Of a stretch of DNA of 59,837 nucleotides, positions 30,188 through 39,943 are shown piece by piece (position 1 is the stretch's first letter; every line of letters begins with the position of its first letter). Below the pieces are notes generated by a model. That model saw nothing but the letters and a program-made list of their open reading frames with translations. It searched no databases and was not told the origin of the DNA. Source of the DNA: Burkholderiales bacterium (lineage in GTDB: Bacteria > Pseudomonadota > Gammaproteobacteria > Burkholderiales > SG8-41); contig JBKJMN010000132.1 in the NCBI GenBank assembly GCA_046596405.1, forward strand, positions 1 through 59,837. Reading direction: 5' to 3'. A program made the position numbers and the translations under genes.

Positions 30188-31411
30188 ATGCCGGCCCTGA
30201 CCTCGCAGCAACAAGCCGATCGCGCCACGCTGATCCTCGCCGCCCTGCTCGCGGGTCTTGCCACGCTCGGGCCCTTCGCGATCGATACGTACATGCCTTC
30301 GTTTCCGGCGATGGGCCGGGCGCTCGACGCGACCCCGCTCCAACTGCAGCAGACACTGTCGGCCTACCTGCTGCCCTTTGCGTGCATGATGCTGTTTCAC
30401 GGTGCGCTGACCGATTCGTTCGGCCGCCGTCCGGTGATACTCGTCGGGTTGCTGATATTCACCGGCGCCTCGATCGGTTGCGCGCTCGCGCAGAGCCTGC
30501 CGCAACTGCTCGCGTTTCGCGCGTTGCAGGGCATGTCATCCGGCACCGGCATGGTCGCGGGACGCGCGATGATCCGCGACATTTATCCCGGGCATCAGGC
30601 GCAACGCGTGATGTCGATGGTGACAATGATATTCGGCCTGGCACCTGCCGTGGCGCCCATCCTCGGCGGCTGGCTGGAGGTGTGGCTCGGCTGGCGCTCT
30701 ATTTTCGTTTTTCTGGCGCTGTTCTCAGGACTGCTCTTTGCAGCTTGCCATTACCGGCTCGCGGAGTCATTGCCAATCGAAAAGCGTCAGCCGTTTGCGG
30801 CGCGGCCGTTGCTCATCAACTATTGCAAGCTGCTTAGCAGCGTGCGTTTTGGTCTGCTGTCGTCTGCAGTCGCGTTGAATTTCGCCGCTTTTTTTCTTTA
30901 TATTGCATCAGCGCCCGCCGTTATCTACCGGCTTCTGGGCCTCAACGAAAACCAATTCGGGTGGTTGTTCGTGCCCGGTATTTCCGGCGTGATCGCGGGC
31001 GCTTATCTGTCCGGCCGGCTCGCGGGCAAAGTATCGCCGCGGCGCACGGTGCGCTACGCTTACATCGTCATGTTTTGCGCGGCGCTTTTCAACCTTGCGT
31101 ATCACGCGCTGTACGCACCCGCGTTGCCGTGGACAGTTTTGCCCGTGATGGTCTATACGGTCGGCATGTCGCTTGCGATGCCGAGCGTCACGTTGCTGAT
31201 GCTGGATTTATTTCCCGACAACCGGGGTCTGGCGGCGTCGCTGCAGGCCGCGCAGCAGAGTTTTTTCGCGGGACTGGCGGCCGGACTGGTGTCGCCTTAT
31301 CTGTCTGTCAGCGGCATCGGGCTGGCAGCGGGCATGGCGGCATCGCTCGCGGCCGGATATGCCTGCTGGTATATATTTAACCGGATCACTCCCGGTGGAG
31401 CGCGCACGTGA
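30188..31411 (+). CDS. MFS efflux transporter, Bcr/CflA subfamily
   Basis: 12-TM MFS with LGPFAIDTYMPSFPAM and DSFGRRPV motifs typical of Bcr/CflA. Confidence 0.8.
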   Translation: MPALTSQQQADRATLILAALLAGLATLGPFAIDTYMPSFPAMGRALDATPLQLQQTLSAYLLPFACMMLFHGALTDSFGRRPVILVGLLIFTGASIGCALAQSLPQLLAFRALQGMSSGTGMVAGRAMIRDIYPGHQAQRVMSMVTMIFGLAPAVAPILGGWLEVWLGWRSIFVFLALFSGLLFAACHYRLAESLPIEKRQPFAARPLLINYCKLLSSVRFGLLSSAVALNFAAFFLYIASAPAVIYRLLGLNENQFGWLFVPGISGVIAGAYLSGRLAGKVSPRRTVRYAYIVMFCAALFNLAYHALYAPALPWTVLPVMVYTVGMSLAMPSVTLLMLDLFPDNRGLAASLQAAQQSFFAGLAAGLVSPYLSVSGIGLAAGMAASLAAGYACWYIFNRITPGGART

Positions 31412-32433
31412 ACGAAGTCTTGAGCTGGTCGGAGGAAAAACGCGCGGCTTATTTATACCGCGTTGTCGCTGCGTGCGAAGCGGGCACGCCGCGCGAAAAA
31501 CTTTTTCTGGGTCTGGCGGGCGAAGCCGAGGGCCAGGCTGCGATTTGGGCCAGGAAAGCGGCCGTCGCGGGCGCTATCTTGCCGGTGTTTACGCCGGATG
31601 TGCGCTCGCGCCTGGTCGCAGGCCTGGTGCGGCGCCACGGCCCGCGGCGATTGCGTACCGTGCTCGCGGCGATGAAGGTGCGCGGCATGTCTGCCTATGC
31701 GAGCAATTCCGGCCAGGGGGCGCCGCATCAACTCGATGCAGTCGGGCATCACAGCGGCCTGTCCGGCGGCGGGAATCTGCGCGCGGCGGTATTCGGCGTC
31801 AACGACGGGCTTATTTCGAATGCGAGCCTGATTCTCGGCGTCGCCGGCGCGAATGCGGAAACCGCCACCATTCTGTTGACCGGCGCTGCCGGTCTGGTTG
31901 CCGGCGCCTTTTCGATGGCCGCCGGCGAATACGTGTCCGTGCGCTCGCAGCGCGAGATGTACGAGTATCAGATCGGGCTCGAGCGCGACGAACTCGCCGA
32001 ATATCCCGAAGAAGAAGCGCACGAACTCGCGCTAATTTACGAGGCGCGCGGGGTGACCGCCGACGAGGCGCTGCGCATGGCCCGGCAAATCATCGCCGAT
32101 CCGGAGCGCGCGCTCGACACGCTGGCCCGCGAAGAGCTCGGCCTGAACCCGGAAGACCTGGGGTCGCCGTGGGGCGCTGCGCTGGCGTCGTTTTTTTCGT
32201 TCGGCCTCGGTGGCCTGATTCCGTTGCTGCCGTTTTTTTTCGGTCTCGGCAAATCGAGCCTGCCCGCGGTCCTCGCGCTCACCGCGGTCGCGCTGTTCGC
32301 CGTGGGTGCGACGTTGTCGCTATTTACCGGGCGCAGCGCCGTGATGAGCGGCGCGCGCATGCTCGCGATCGGGGCGGCAGCGGGCGGCATCACGTACTTC
32401 GTAGGCAGGCAATTGGGCGTGAGCCTCGCCTGA
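31408..32433 (+). CDS. VIT1/CCC1 family metal (Fe/Mn) transporter with an N-terminal cytoplasmic helical domain
   Basis: AAVFGVNDGLISNASLILGVAG and the C-terminal TM bundle are VIT-family features. The GTG start overlaps the stop of the upstream MFS gene (GTGA). Confidence 0.8.
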   Translation: MNEVLSWSEEKRAAYLYRVVAACEAGTPREKLFLGLAGEAEGQAAIWARKAAVAGAILPVFTPDVRSRLVAGLVRRHGPRRLRTVLAAMKVRGMSAYASNSGQGAPHQLDAVGHHSGLSGGGNLRAAVFGVNDGLISNASLILGVAGANAETATILLTGAAGLVAGAFSMAAGEYVSVRSQREMYEYQIGLERDELAEYPEEEAHELALIYEARGVTADEALRMARQIIADPERALDTLAREELGLNPEDLGSPWGAALASFFSFGLGGLIPLLPFFFGLGKSSLPAVLALTAVALFAVGATLSLFTGRSAVMSGARMLAIGAAAGGITYFVGRQLGVSLA

Positions 32434-32466
32434 TATCACGTCACGGGCGCCGGCTCGCGCGGCGCG

Positions 32467-32883
32467 TCAGGTCGGCTTGATTTCGAAGTCGTGCGTGATC
32501 ACTGCAGTTTTCGCGAGCATGATCGATGCCGAGCAATATTTCTCGGCCGACAGCTGGATTGCGCGCTCGACCTGTTGGGGCTTCAGATCCTTGCCGCTCA
32601 CCACGAAATGAAAATGGATGCGCGTGAATACCTTGGGGTCTTCGGCCGCGCGGTCGGAATCGATATCGACCGTGCAGTCGACGATCGCCGCGCGCGATTT
32701 TTTGAGAATATGGACGACGTCGTACGCAGTGCAGGCGCCGGTGCCTATCAGCACCGTCTCCATCGGCCGCATGCCGATATTGCGCCCGCCGCCCTCGGGC
32801 GCCCCGTCCATGACGAGCGCGTGACCGCTGCCCGATTCGCCGACAAAACAGACGTCTTCGACCCATTTGATCCTGGCTTTCAT
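32467..32883 (-). CDS. OsmC family peroxiredoxin-like protein
   Basis: 138 codons with two conserved Cys contexts (GACTAYDV and KYCSAS) typical of OsmC/Ohr. Confidence 0.8.
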   Translation of the reverse strand: MKARIKWVEDVCFVGESGSGHALVMDGAPEGGGRNIGMRPMETVLIGTGACTAYDVVHILKKSRAAIVDCTVDIDSDRAAEDPKVFTRIHFHFVVSGKDLKPQQVERAIQLSAEKYCSASIMLAKTAVITHDFEIKPT

Positions 32884-32899
32884 GCTGACCCTTATGCGT

Positions 32900-33634
32900 T
32901 CATGGCGATCTCAGACGATACCAAATTGACCCCAGGACTTCACGGCAAAAACGCGCGCTCAGCAAAAAACCCTCGGCATCCGGCACGAAGTCCGCAAATC
33001 GCGCGCCGCGCAGCATTGCATAACGCGTGGGGGCCGGAATCACCGTGAAGCCCGCCGCTTCGAACGCGCGCCGCGCGCGCGGCATGTGCCATGCGTGGGT
33101 GACCAGGTAAATCCGGCGGATGCCGGCACGGTCGAGAATCGCATGGCTGTTGCGCGCGTTTTCGAAGGTCGTGTCGGAGGTGTCGTCGCTCCATGTCACC
33201 GGAATACCCCATTCGTTCTCAAGCACCGCGCGCATCTGGGTTGCTTCCGCCGTCGCGTGGCGCAGCGGATTGCCGCCGGAAACGAGGATCGGCGTGCGGC
33301 TGCGCTTATGCAGTGCTGCCGCATAGCGCAGACGCTCGAGCGATGCACTGCTGACGGTGTCGCCGCCGTACTCTGGAGCGTTGGCATAACTGCCGCCGCC
33401 CAGCACGACGATCGCATCGGCCGGCTCGCGCAACGGTTCGACGAATGGCGGCTCTAGGGTCGACACCAGCGCTGATCCGACCAGCGGGGTGGAGAGGATC
33501 AACAACACGCCTGCACCGCCCGCTATCAGCGCGCGGCCGCCGCGCGGTTGCCGCCGCAAAACGTAGAGGCTGGCGAATACCAGGAGTAGCGGCGCGAGCG
33601 GCGGCAGCAGCCACGCCGCGATGAACGAGGTCAT
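32900..33634 (-). CDS. YdcF/ElyC family (DUF218) protein
   Basis: N-terminal TM segments, then IVVLGGG...PILVSGG...LVTHAWHMPRA, characteristic of DUF218. Confidence 0.8.
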   Translation of the reverse strand: MTSFIAAWLLPPLAPLLLVFASLYVLRRQPRGGRALIAGGAGVLLILSTPLVGSALVSTLEPPFVEPLREPADAIVVLGGGSYANAPEYGGDTVSSASLERLRYAAALHKRSRTPILVSGGNPLRHATAEATQMRAVLENEWGIPVTWSDDTSDTTFENARNSHAILDRAGIRRIYLVTHAWHMPRARRAFEAAGFTVIPAPTRYAMLRGARFADFVPDAEGFLLSARFCREVLGSIWYRLRSP

Positions 33635-33712
33635 TGCGTTGGCGCCAAGCGGGATTGCGCGTAAGCCCGCAAAACGGTTGTTTTCAAGGGTGTGGACCGC
33701 ACCGGCGGAGGT

Positions 33713-33742
33713 TTGACAGCGAAACGATTTTTGCCATATAAT
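33713..33742 (+). promoter_or_regulatory. Consensus sigma-70 promoter for rplM-rpsI
   Basis: TTGACA (33713-33718), an 18-nt spacer, then TATAAT (33737-33742). Lies 64 nt upstream of the rplM ATG. Confidence 0.75.
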
Positions 33743-33805
33743 CCAAAGCTTTCTGTCGTTTCCAACGGCAGTCCAACCAACTTAAGCAAGGCAGCGGGTC
33801 CGGAC

Positions 33806-34240
33806 ATGAAAACATTTACGGCGAAAGCCCACGAAGTCACGCACGACTGGTACGTAGTCGATGCACAGGATAAAGTGCTGGGCCGGCTCGCGGCAACGCT
33901 CGCCCACCGGTTGCGCGGCAAGCATAAGCCGGAATTCACGCCCCACGTCGACGTCGGTGATTATATCGTGGTCGTCAATGTCGATAAGCTGCGCGTGACC
34001 GGCAGCAAGGCGCGCACCAAGCTCTACCACCGGCACAGCACGTATCCGGGCGGAATATCTACCACCAACTTCGAGAAGCTGCAGGCGCGCCATCCGCGTC
34101 GCGTGCTCGAAATGGCGGTAAAAGGCATGCTGCCCAAGGGGCCGCTTGGCTACGCGATGCTGAAAAAACTCAAGGTTTATGCAGGGACGACTCATCCGCA
34201 CGAAGCGCAAGTGCCTAAAACTCTGGAAATAAGGGCCTGA
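33806..34240 (+). CDS. rplM: 50S ribosomal protein L13
   Basis: [20 protein letters not shown]..., trimmed from the track ORF (33692) to the conserved ATG. Confidence 0.97.
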   Translation: MKTFTAKAHEVTHDWYVVDAQDKVLGRLAATLAHRLRGKHKPEFTPHVDVGDYIVVVNVDKLRVTGSKARTKLYHRHSTYPGGISTTNFEKLQARHPRRVLEMAVKGMLPKGPLGYAMLKKLKVYAGTTHPHEAQVPKTLEIRA

Positions 34241-34244
34241 TTCC

Positions 34245-34646
34245 ATGCCAGCCAAGCAGCAGCAATACAACTACGGCACCGGACGCCGCAAGAGCGCCGT
34301 AGCGCGCGTTTTCATCAAGCCGGGCAAGGGCGATATCGTCGTCAACGACAAGCCGGTCGACCTATTTTTCTCGCGTGAGACCGGCCGCATGGTCGTGCGT
34401 CAGCCGCTGGTGCTGACCGATAAGCTCAACGCATTCGACATCATGGTAAATGTCGATGGCGGCGGGGAATCCGGACAGGCAGGTGCGGTGCGGCACGGCA
34501 TCACGCGCGCGCTAATCGAGTTCGACGCGGCGTTGAAGCCGGTACTGAAGAAGGCGGGTTTGGTGACGCGCGACGCCCGCGAGGTCGAGCGCAAGAAAGT
34601 CGGCCTGCACAAGGCGCGACGTCGCAAACAGTTCTCGAAACGCTAA
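34245..34646 (+). CDS. rpsI: 30S ribosomal protein S9
   Basis: [13 protein letters not shown]...[32 protein letters not shown]. Confidence 0.97.
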   Translation: MPAKQQQYNYGTGRRKSAVARVFIKPGKGDIVVNDKPVDLFFSRETGRMVVRQPLVLTDKLNAFDIMVNVDGGGESGQAGAVRHGITRALIEFDAALKPVLKKAGLVTRDAREVERKKVGLHKARRRKQFSKR

Positions 34647-34666
34647 CTTTCGGGTGTCGGTCGATC

Positions 34667-34690
34667 AAGCCGCCTGCGGGCGGCTTTTTC
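34667..34690 (+). terminator. Rho-independent terminator after rpsI
   Basis: AAGCCGCC tgcg GGCGGCTT, then TTTC. Lies 20 nt after the rpsI stop. Confidence 0.8.
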
Positions 34691-34741
34691 ATTTGTAACC
34701 TAAAATAGGCGCGAGCTTTTCTCCTCGCGTGGGTGGCGCCA

Positions 34742-35782
34742 ATGGCAGGTCAGAAACTTAAAATCGGAATCGTCGGCGGCACCGGCTATACCGGCGTCGA
34801 ATTGTTGCGGCTGCTCGCGCAACATCCGCACTGCGAGCTGGCGGTCATTACCTCGCGCCAGGAAGCCGGCACGCCGGTCGCCGGCATGTTCGCGAACCTG
34901 CGCGGCCACGTCGATCTGAATTTTACGGCGCCCTCGGATGACGCGCTCAAGCAATGCGACGTCGTTTTCTTCGCCACGCCCAACGGCGTCGCGATGCAGC
35001 AGGCGCGCATGCTGTTCGACGCCGGCGTGCGCATCATCGACATCGCGGCAGACTTCCGCATCAAGGACATCGCGGTGTGGGAAAAATGGTACGCGACCAA
35101 GCACGCGTGCCCGGAGCTCGTCGCGCAAGCGGTCTACGGATTGCCCGAGATCAATCGCGACGAGATTAGGGGCGCACGCATCGTCGCCAACCCCGGGTGC
35201 TACCCGACGGCGGTCCAACTGGGTTTTCTGCCACTCATTAAAAGTGCGGCGGTCGACTTCGACCACTTGATTGCTGACGCCAAGTCCGGCGTGAGCGGTG
35301 CCGGGCGCAAAGCGGAAGTCCATACATTGCTTGCCGAAGCGGCGGACAACTTCAAAGCGTACGGCGTGCCCGGCCACCGTCACCATCCGGAGATTTCGCA
35401 GGGGCTCAATGCAATGGCCGGACGCTCGACGCGGCTCGTGTTCGTGCCGCATCTATTGCCGATGATCCGCGGCATTCATGCGACGCTTTATGCCCAACTG
35501 ACGCGCGGAGTCGATTTGCAGCAGTTGTACGAGCAACAGTATGTGAACGAGCCTTTCGTCGACGTGATGCCGGCCGGCGCCCATCCGGAAACGCGGTCAG
35601 TGCGCGGATCGAATCTGTGCCGCATCGCGGTGCACCAGCCCGGCGGCGGCGATATCGCGGTAGTGCTGTCAGTGATCGACAACCTGACCAAGGGCGCGGC
35701 GGGTCAGGCGGTTCAGAACATGAACCTGATGTGCGGCCTGCCGGAAACGACGGGCCTGGAGCAGATCGCATTAATGCCTTGA
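34742..35782 (+). CDS. argC: N-acetyl-gamma-glutamyl-phosphate reductase
   Basis: [19 protein letters not shown] and active-site [10 protein letters not shown] at 34742 preferred over the track GTG at 34733. Confidence 0.93.
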   Translation: MAGQKLKIGIVGGTGYTGVELLRLLAQHPHCELAVITSRQEAGTPVAGMFANLRGHVDLNFTAPSDDALKQCDVVFFATPNGVAMQQARMLFDAGVRIIDIAADFRIKDIAVWEKWYATKHACPELVAQAVYGLPEINRDEIRGARIVANPGCYPTAVQLGFLPLIKSAAVDFDHLIADAKSGVSGAGRKAEVHTLLAEAADNFKAYGVPGHRHHPEISQGLNAMAGRSTRLVFVPHLLPMIRGIHATLYAQLTRGVDLQQLYEQQYVNEPFVDVMPAGAHPETRSVRGSNLCRIAVHQPGGGDIAVVLSVIDNLTKGAAGQAVQNMNLMCGLPETTGLEQIALMP

Positions 35783-35799
35783 TCAAAAGGCTCAAGCGC

Positions 35800-36522
35800 A
35801 TGTTCGGCATATCGGCGCCGCAAATGGCCGTACGGGCCGCCATACCGTGGTATTTGCGCTGGCTGGGGCTGCTCGTGCTCGGCTTGTTGCTGCTTTTCCT
35901 GGCGCGCGCAACCTACGATTTCGGCATGCGATTTGCCGGCTTCGAGCAGGGCGAAGCCGATCGCGAAGCGCAGCGCCTGGGCGACACGAACATAAAAATC
36001 CAGCAGGAACTCGCGAGCTTGCGCGGCCAGCTCGCGCAGAGCGAGCGCCAACTTCAGATGGAGCGCGTGACCTACGAAGATTTGATCAAGCAGATGAAGA
36101 CTTTGACCGGCGAGAACGCCGTGCTCAAGGAGGATCTCGCGTTTTTCCAGACCCTGATGCCCTCCGGTGGAAAAGAAGGCGGGGTGGCAGTCAACCGCTT
36201 CATGGTGCAAAATGACGTCTTGCCCGGCGAGTACCGGTACCGTCTTTTGCTGACCCAGAGCGGTCAGCGCAATAAGGATTTTCAGGGCAGTTTGCAGTTT
36301 GTCATTAATCTGCAGCAGCAGGATAACAAGAAAGTCGTGATGACCCTGCCCGCTGAAGGCGAACCAGCGGACAAGCTGTTCAAGTTGAATTTTCGCTTTT
36401 ACCAGCGCGTCGAAGGAACGTTTCGCGTGACCGCCGGCGCGGCGGTCAAAAGCATGCAAGTTCGGGTATTCGAAAACGGCAGCACCGAGCCCAAACTGAC
36501 CCAAGCCGTCAATGCGTCATGA
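35800..36522 (+). CDS. Membrane-anchored coiled-coil protein (resembles what I recall as DUF6776), partner of the downstream bactofilin
   Basis: One TM (WLGLLVLGLLLLFLA), a coiled coil (LASLRGQLAQSERQLQMERV...), and a beta-rich C-domain. Trimmed to ATG at 35800, after the argC stop. Its stop overlaps the next ATG. Confidence 0.65.
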   Translation: MFGISAPQMAVRAAIPWYLRWLGLLVLGLLLLFLARATYDFGMRFAGFEQGEADREAQRLGDTNIKIQQELASLRGQLAQSERQLQMERVTYEDLIKQMKTLTGENAVLKEDLAFFQTLMPSGGKEGGVAVNRFMVQNDVLPGEYRYRLLLTQSGQRNKDFQGSLQFVINLQQQDNKKVVMTLPAEGEPADKLFKLNFRFYQRVEGTFRVTAGAAVKSMQVRVFENGSTEPKLTQAVNAS

Positions 36523-36947
36523 TCGGGAGTGTGACCATGTTCGGAAACAGCAAAAGTAACAAGCCGCAAAATCGGATCGACTGCCTGATCGGCGCCGGCA
36601 CCACGATCGAGGGCAATATCACCTTTGGCGGCGGGTTGCGCGTCGATGGCCACGTCCGCGGCAATGTGATTGCCGCGGTCGACAAGCCGGGCACGCTCGT
36701 CTTATCCGAGCAGGCTCACATCGACGGTGAAATACGCGTGTCGCACGCCGTTATCAACGGCACGGTGGTCGGCCCCGTGCACGCAAGCGAGTACGCGGAA
36801 CTACAGCCCAAGGCCAATGTCACAGGGGACGTATACTATCGCACCCTTGAAATGCAGTTGGGCGCGGTGGTCCAGGGGCGGTTGGTGTATCAACCGGAAG
36901 GCAAATCCGACAAGGTCGTGCAGTTGAAACCAGCTACCGGCGATTGA
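36519..36947 (+). CDS. Bactofilin (polymer-forming cytoskeletal protein, DUF583)
   Basis: Repetitive beta-helix pattern IGAGTTIEGNITFGGGLRVDGHVRGNV...IDGEIRV...INGTVVG...VTGDVYY. Alternative ATG at 36537. Confidence 0.88.
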   Translation: MIGSVTMFGNSKSNKPQNRIDCLIGAGTTIEGNITFGGGLRVDGHVRGNVIAAVDKPGTLVLSEQAHIDGEIRVSHAVINGTVVGPVHASEYAELQPKANVTGDVYYRTLEMQLGAVVQGRLVYQPEGKSDKVVQLKPATGD

Positions 36948-37019
36948 CTGCGGGAGCGTCCACCCGATCCCGCATCCGACTTAAAGTAACCGCTGTTGAA
37001 ATTATCAGGAGTACTGAGC

Positions 37020-37370
37020 ATGAATGCGATTACCGAAATGCCTGCGCCGCTGGTGTTTACTGACAATGCGGCAGCCAAGGTCAAGCAACTGATCGATGAA
37101 GAAGGTAATCTTGATCTGAAACTGCGCGTGTTCGTCACCGGCGGCGGCTGCTCGGGCTTTCAGTACGGATTCACGTTCGACGAGGCCGTCAGCGACGACG
37201 ACACCTCGATGCAGAAAAACGGCGTCACGCTGCTGATCGATCCGATGAGCCTGCAATACCTAGGCGGCGCCGAGATCGATTACCAGGACGGCGTCGAAGG
37301 CGCGCAGTTCGTGATCAAGAATCCGAACGCGACCAGCACTTGCGGCTGCGGATCGTCGTTTTCTGCCTGA
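37020..37370 (+). CDS. erpA: Iron-sulfur cluster insertion protein ErpA (A-type carrier)
   Basis: [21 protein letters not shown] and C-terminal [14 protein letters not shown] lies 8 nt upstream of ATG 37020. The track ORF starts at TTG 36996. Confidence 0.93.
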   Translation: MNAITEMPAPLVFTDNAAAKVKQLIDEEGNLDLKLRVFVTGGGCSGFQYGFTFDEAVSDDDTSMQKNGVTLLIDPMSLQYLGGAEIDYQDGVEGAQFVIKNPNATSTCGCGSSFSA

Positions 37371-37390
37371 CCCGCATTTCTTCGTAGACA

Positions 37391-37415
37391 AGGGCGCCGC
37401 GCGGCGCCCTTTTTT
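37391..37415 (+). terminator. Rho-independent terminator after erpA (convergent with anmK)
   Basis: AGGGCGCC gcgc GGCGCCCT, then TTTTT. Confidence 0.8.
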
Positions 37416-37418
37416 ATT

Positions 37419-38510
37419 TCATGCGCTGTAAGTCGCACCGAGGATGCGCGGGCCGCGCGCGCCGGTGACGGCGGGTAGATTGCCCGGTTGCGAGGTTAGC
37501 GTCTGGCGCGCCAGCCATGCAAAAGCGAGCGCCTCGACGTGTTCGGCGTCGATGCCGAGCACGTCAGTCAGATCGACCCGGCGCGGCGCGAGCAGCTCCG
37601 TAAGCAAGTTGACCAGCGCGCCATTGCGCGCGCCGCCGCCGGCGAGGTAGACCGCGGTCGCGTCCGCGCAGAACCTGCCGATGGCGTCGACGATTGTGTG
37701 GGCGGTCAGCGCGATCAACGTCGCCTCGACGTCGGCCGGCTGCTCGTTGCCGGCCAGGAATTTTTCGAGCCAGTCCACGTTGAAAGTTTCGCGGCCGCTG
37801 CTTTTCGGCGGCCCGCGATGAAAATATTCGTCGGCGCGAAGACGCGCGAGCAGACCGGGCACGGTCCTACCCGTTAGCGCCCAGGCGCCATCCCGGTCGA
37901 ACGGCTTTCCGAGGTGGCGTTGCGCCCACGCGTCGAGCAGTAAATTGCCGGGACCGCAGTCGAAGCCCGTTACGGGGCCGGGGCACGGCAGGTCGGTGAG
38001 ATTGGCGATGCCGCCGATATTCACCACGACTCGATGCTCGGCCGGGTGCGCGAATACCGCATGGTGAAATGCCGGCACCAGCGGCGCGCCCTGGCCTCCC
38101 GCGGCAACATCGCGGCTGCGAAAGTCGCACACCACGGAGATGCCGGTAAGCTCCGCGAGCAATGATCCGTTCACGAGTTGCAGCGTATAACCGTCAGCGG
38201 GTTGGTGCCGCACCGTCTGCCCGTGGCAACCGATCGCTTGGATAGTGGCGGCCCTGCCAGGCGCTTGCGCGATCAGCGTCTGGACGACGGCCGCATACGC
38301 GCGGGCGAGATCGTTCGCCGCCAGCGCCGCACGCCGCAGTTCATCGCTGCCCGCGGTATTGAGTGCCGCCAGTTCTGACCGCAATGCCGGATCGAACGCT
38401 TGATGACTATGGGCAAGCAACTGCGGCGCGCGCTGCTCGAATTCCGCCAGCACCGCGTCGATGCCGTCGAGGCTGGTGCCAGACATCAGCCCGATATAAA
38501 ACTCGGGCAT
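37419..38510 (-). CDS. anmK: Anhydro-N-acetylmuramic acid kinase
   Basis: YIGLMSGTSLDGIDAVLAEF N-terminus. 363 codons. Confidence 0.92.
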   Translation of the reverse strand: MPEFYIGLMSGTSLDGIDAVLAEFEQRAPQLLAHSHQAFDPALRSELAALNTAGSDELRRAALAANDLARAYAAVVQTLIAQAPGRAATIQAIGCHGQTVRHQPADGYTLQLVNGSLLAELTGISVVCDFRSRDVAAGGQGAPLVPAFHHAVFAHPAEHRVVVNIGGIANLTDLPCPGPVTGFDCGPGNLLLDAWAQRHLGKPFDRDGAWALTGRTVPGLLARLRADEYFHRGPPKSSGRETFNVDWLEKFLAGNEQPADVEATLIALTAHTIVDAIGRFCADATAVYLAGGGARNGALVNLLTELLAPRRVDLTDVLGIDAEHVEALAFAWLARQTLTSQPGNLPAVTGARGPRILGATYSA

Positions 38511-38516
38511 TGACTG

Positions 38517-39821
38517 TTAATCGAGGCGGGCGAGGTTGGTGGTGCGCAACAGGTCGAGCCGCTCCCCGTATAGCTTGGCCGTCTGTTCGAACTTCGGCCG
38601 GAGTTCCGGGGTAATCGGCTGGGCCGCGGGCATCGCGACATGCAGCGGGTTTTGATGCACGTCATTGATACGGAATTCGTAGTGCAGATGCGGGCCGGTG
38701 GCGAGCCCAGTCGCGCCGACGAATCCGATGACTTCACCTTGCGCCACGCGCTTGCCTTTGTGCAAGCCCTTGGCGATCCCGGATAAATGCCCATACCACG
38801 TCGTGTACTTGGATTGATGGCGTAACACGACGACGTTGCCGTAGCCGCCCTGGCGAGCCGCGCTGTCGACGACGCCGTCCGCGGTGGCTTTCACGCGCGT
38901 GCCGGTCGGCGCGCCGTAGTCGATGCCTTTATGCGCGCGCCACGTTTGCAGCACCGGGTGGAAGCGCGCAGTGCTGAACCCTGAGGTGATGCGAGAGAAC
39001 TCGAGCGGCGAGCGCAAAAATTGCTTGCGCAGGTTCTTGCCGTCTGCCGTGTAGTAGCCGCCTTCGTGCTCGGCGGTGTTGAACCATACCGCGGTGTAGG
39101 TCTTGCCCTGATTTACGAATTCGGCCGCCAGCACGCGTCCGGACTTGACCGGCTCGCCGCGGTCGTAGAACACCTCATACACGACGCTGAACCGGTCGCC
39201 CTTGCGCAAGTCGCGGTGAAAGTCGATGTCGGTTGAAAAGACCTCGGCGATCTGGGTGGCGATGGTATCGGGCAGCCCGGCCGCGTCGGTCGCGCCGAAC
39301 AGCGAATTGCGGATCTCCGCCGACTTCATCAGCACGCGCCGCTCGAGCTGCACCGGTTCCTGTTTGACGACGAAGTTGGTTGGAGTGCGATCTATCGAGA
39401 CCAGATTGCTGCCGCTCAGGTAACGCAGGCTGACCAGCTTGCCCTCCGCGGTGGCCGTCGCGCGCACGACTTTGCCCGGGATCAGTTGATAGAGCGCCTT
39501 CGCCTGCGCATTATTGCGCAGCAGTTGCGCCGCCTCGGCGTCGTCGATTTGCAGTCGCGCGAGCAAAGTTGCGACGGTGTCGCCGCGCTGAATGCGTTCC
39601 TCGCGCGCGAAACCCGCATCGCGGTCAGCGACGGGCGCTAAACTCGGCAATGCCATTTCTTCCACGACATTATGGAAGGTTATTTTTTCAACCAGCGTGT
39701 CCGGCGCGATGCCAAATGCGGCGACTACACTGAAGCAGGGGACTGCAACTAGGGCGGCCACGACTCGGTGGCGGAGCGTAAGATCACCTATCAAGGCGGC
39801 GACTTTTCGGGTTAAAATCAT
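38517..39821 (-). CDS. M23 family metallopeptidase with an N-terminal anchor and OapA/LysM-like region
   Basis: HKGIDYGAPTGTRV...GATGLATGPHLHYEFR are the M23 zinc-site motifs. 434 codons. Confidence 0.88.
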   Translation of the reverse strand: MILTRKVAALIGDLTLRHRVVAALVAVPCFSVVAAFGIAPDTLVEKITFHNVVEEMALPSLAPVADRDAGFAREERIQRGDTVATLLARLQIDDAEAAQLLRNNAQAKALYQLIPGKVVRATATAEGKLVSLRYLSGSNLVSIDRTPTNFVVKQEPVQLERRVLMKSAEIRNSLFGATDAAGLPDTIATQIAEVFSTDIDFHRDLRKGDRFSVVYEVFYDRGEPVKSGRVLAAEFVNQGKTYTAVWFNTAEHEGGYYTADGKNLRKQFLRSPLEFSRITSGFSTARFHPVLQTWRAHKGIDYGAPTGTRVKATADGVVDSAARQGGYGNVVVLRHQSKYTTWYGHLSGIAKGLHKGKRVAQGEVIGFVGATGLATGPHLHYEFRINDVHQNPLHVAMPAAQPITPELRPKFEQTAKLYGERLDLLRTTNLARLD

Positions 39822-39943
39822 GCTTTTAGCATATTATCTTAAGGCCCCCTTTGGAGCGACGCGGCAAGCTTAGCAGATCGGTACCGGGGCGCAACCCTTG
39901 AATTTCACATCGTGAAACGCAGTCCCTTTGCAGCGAGACCGGC

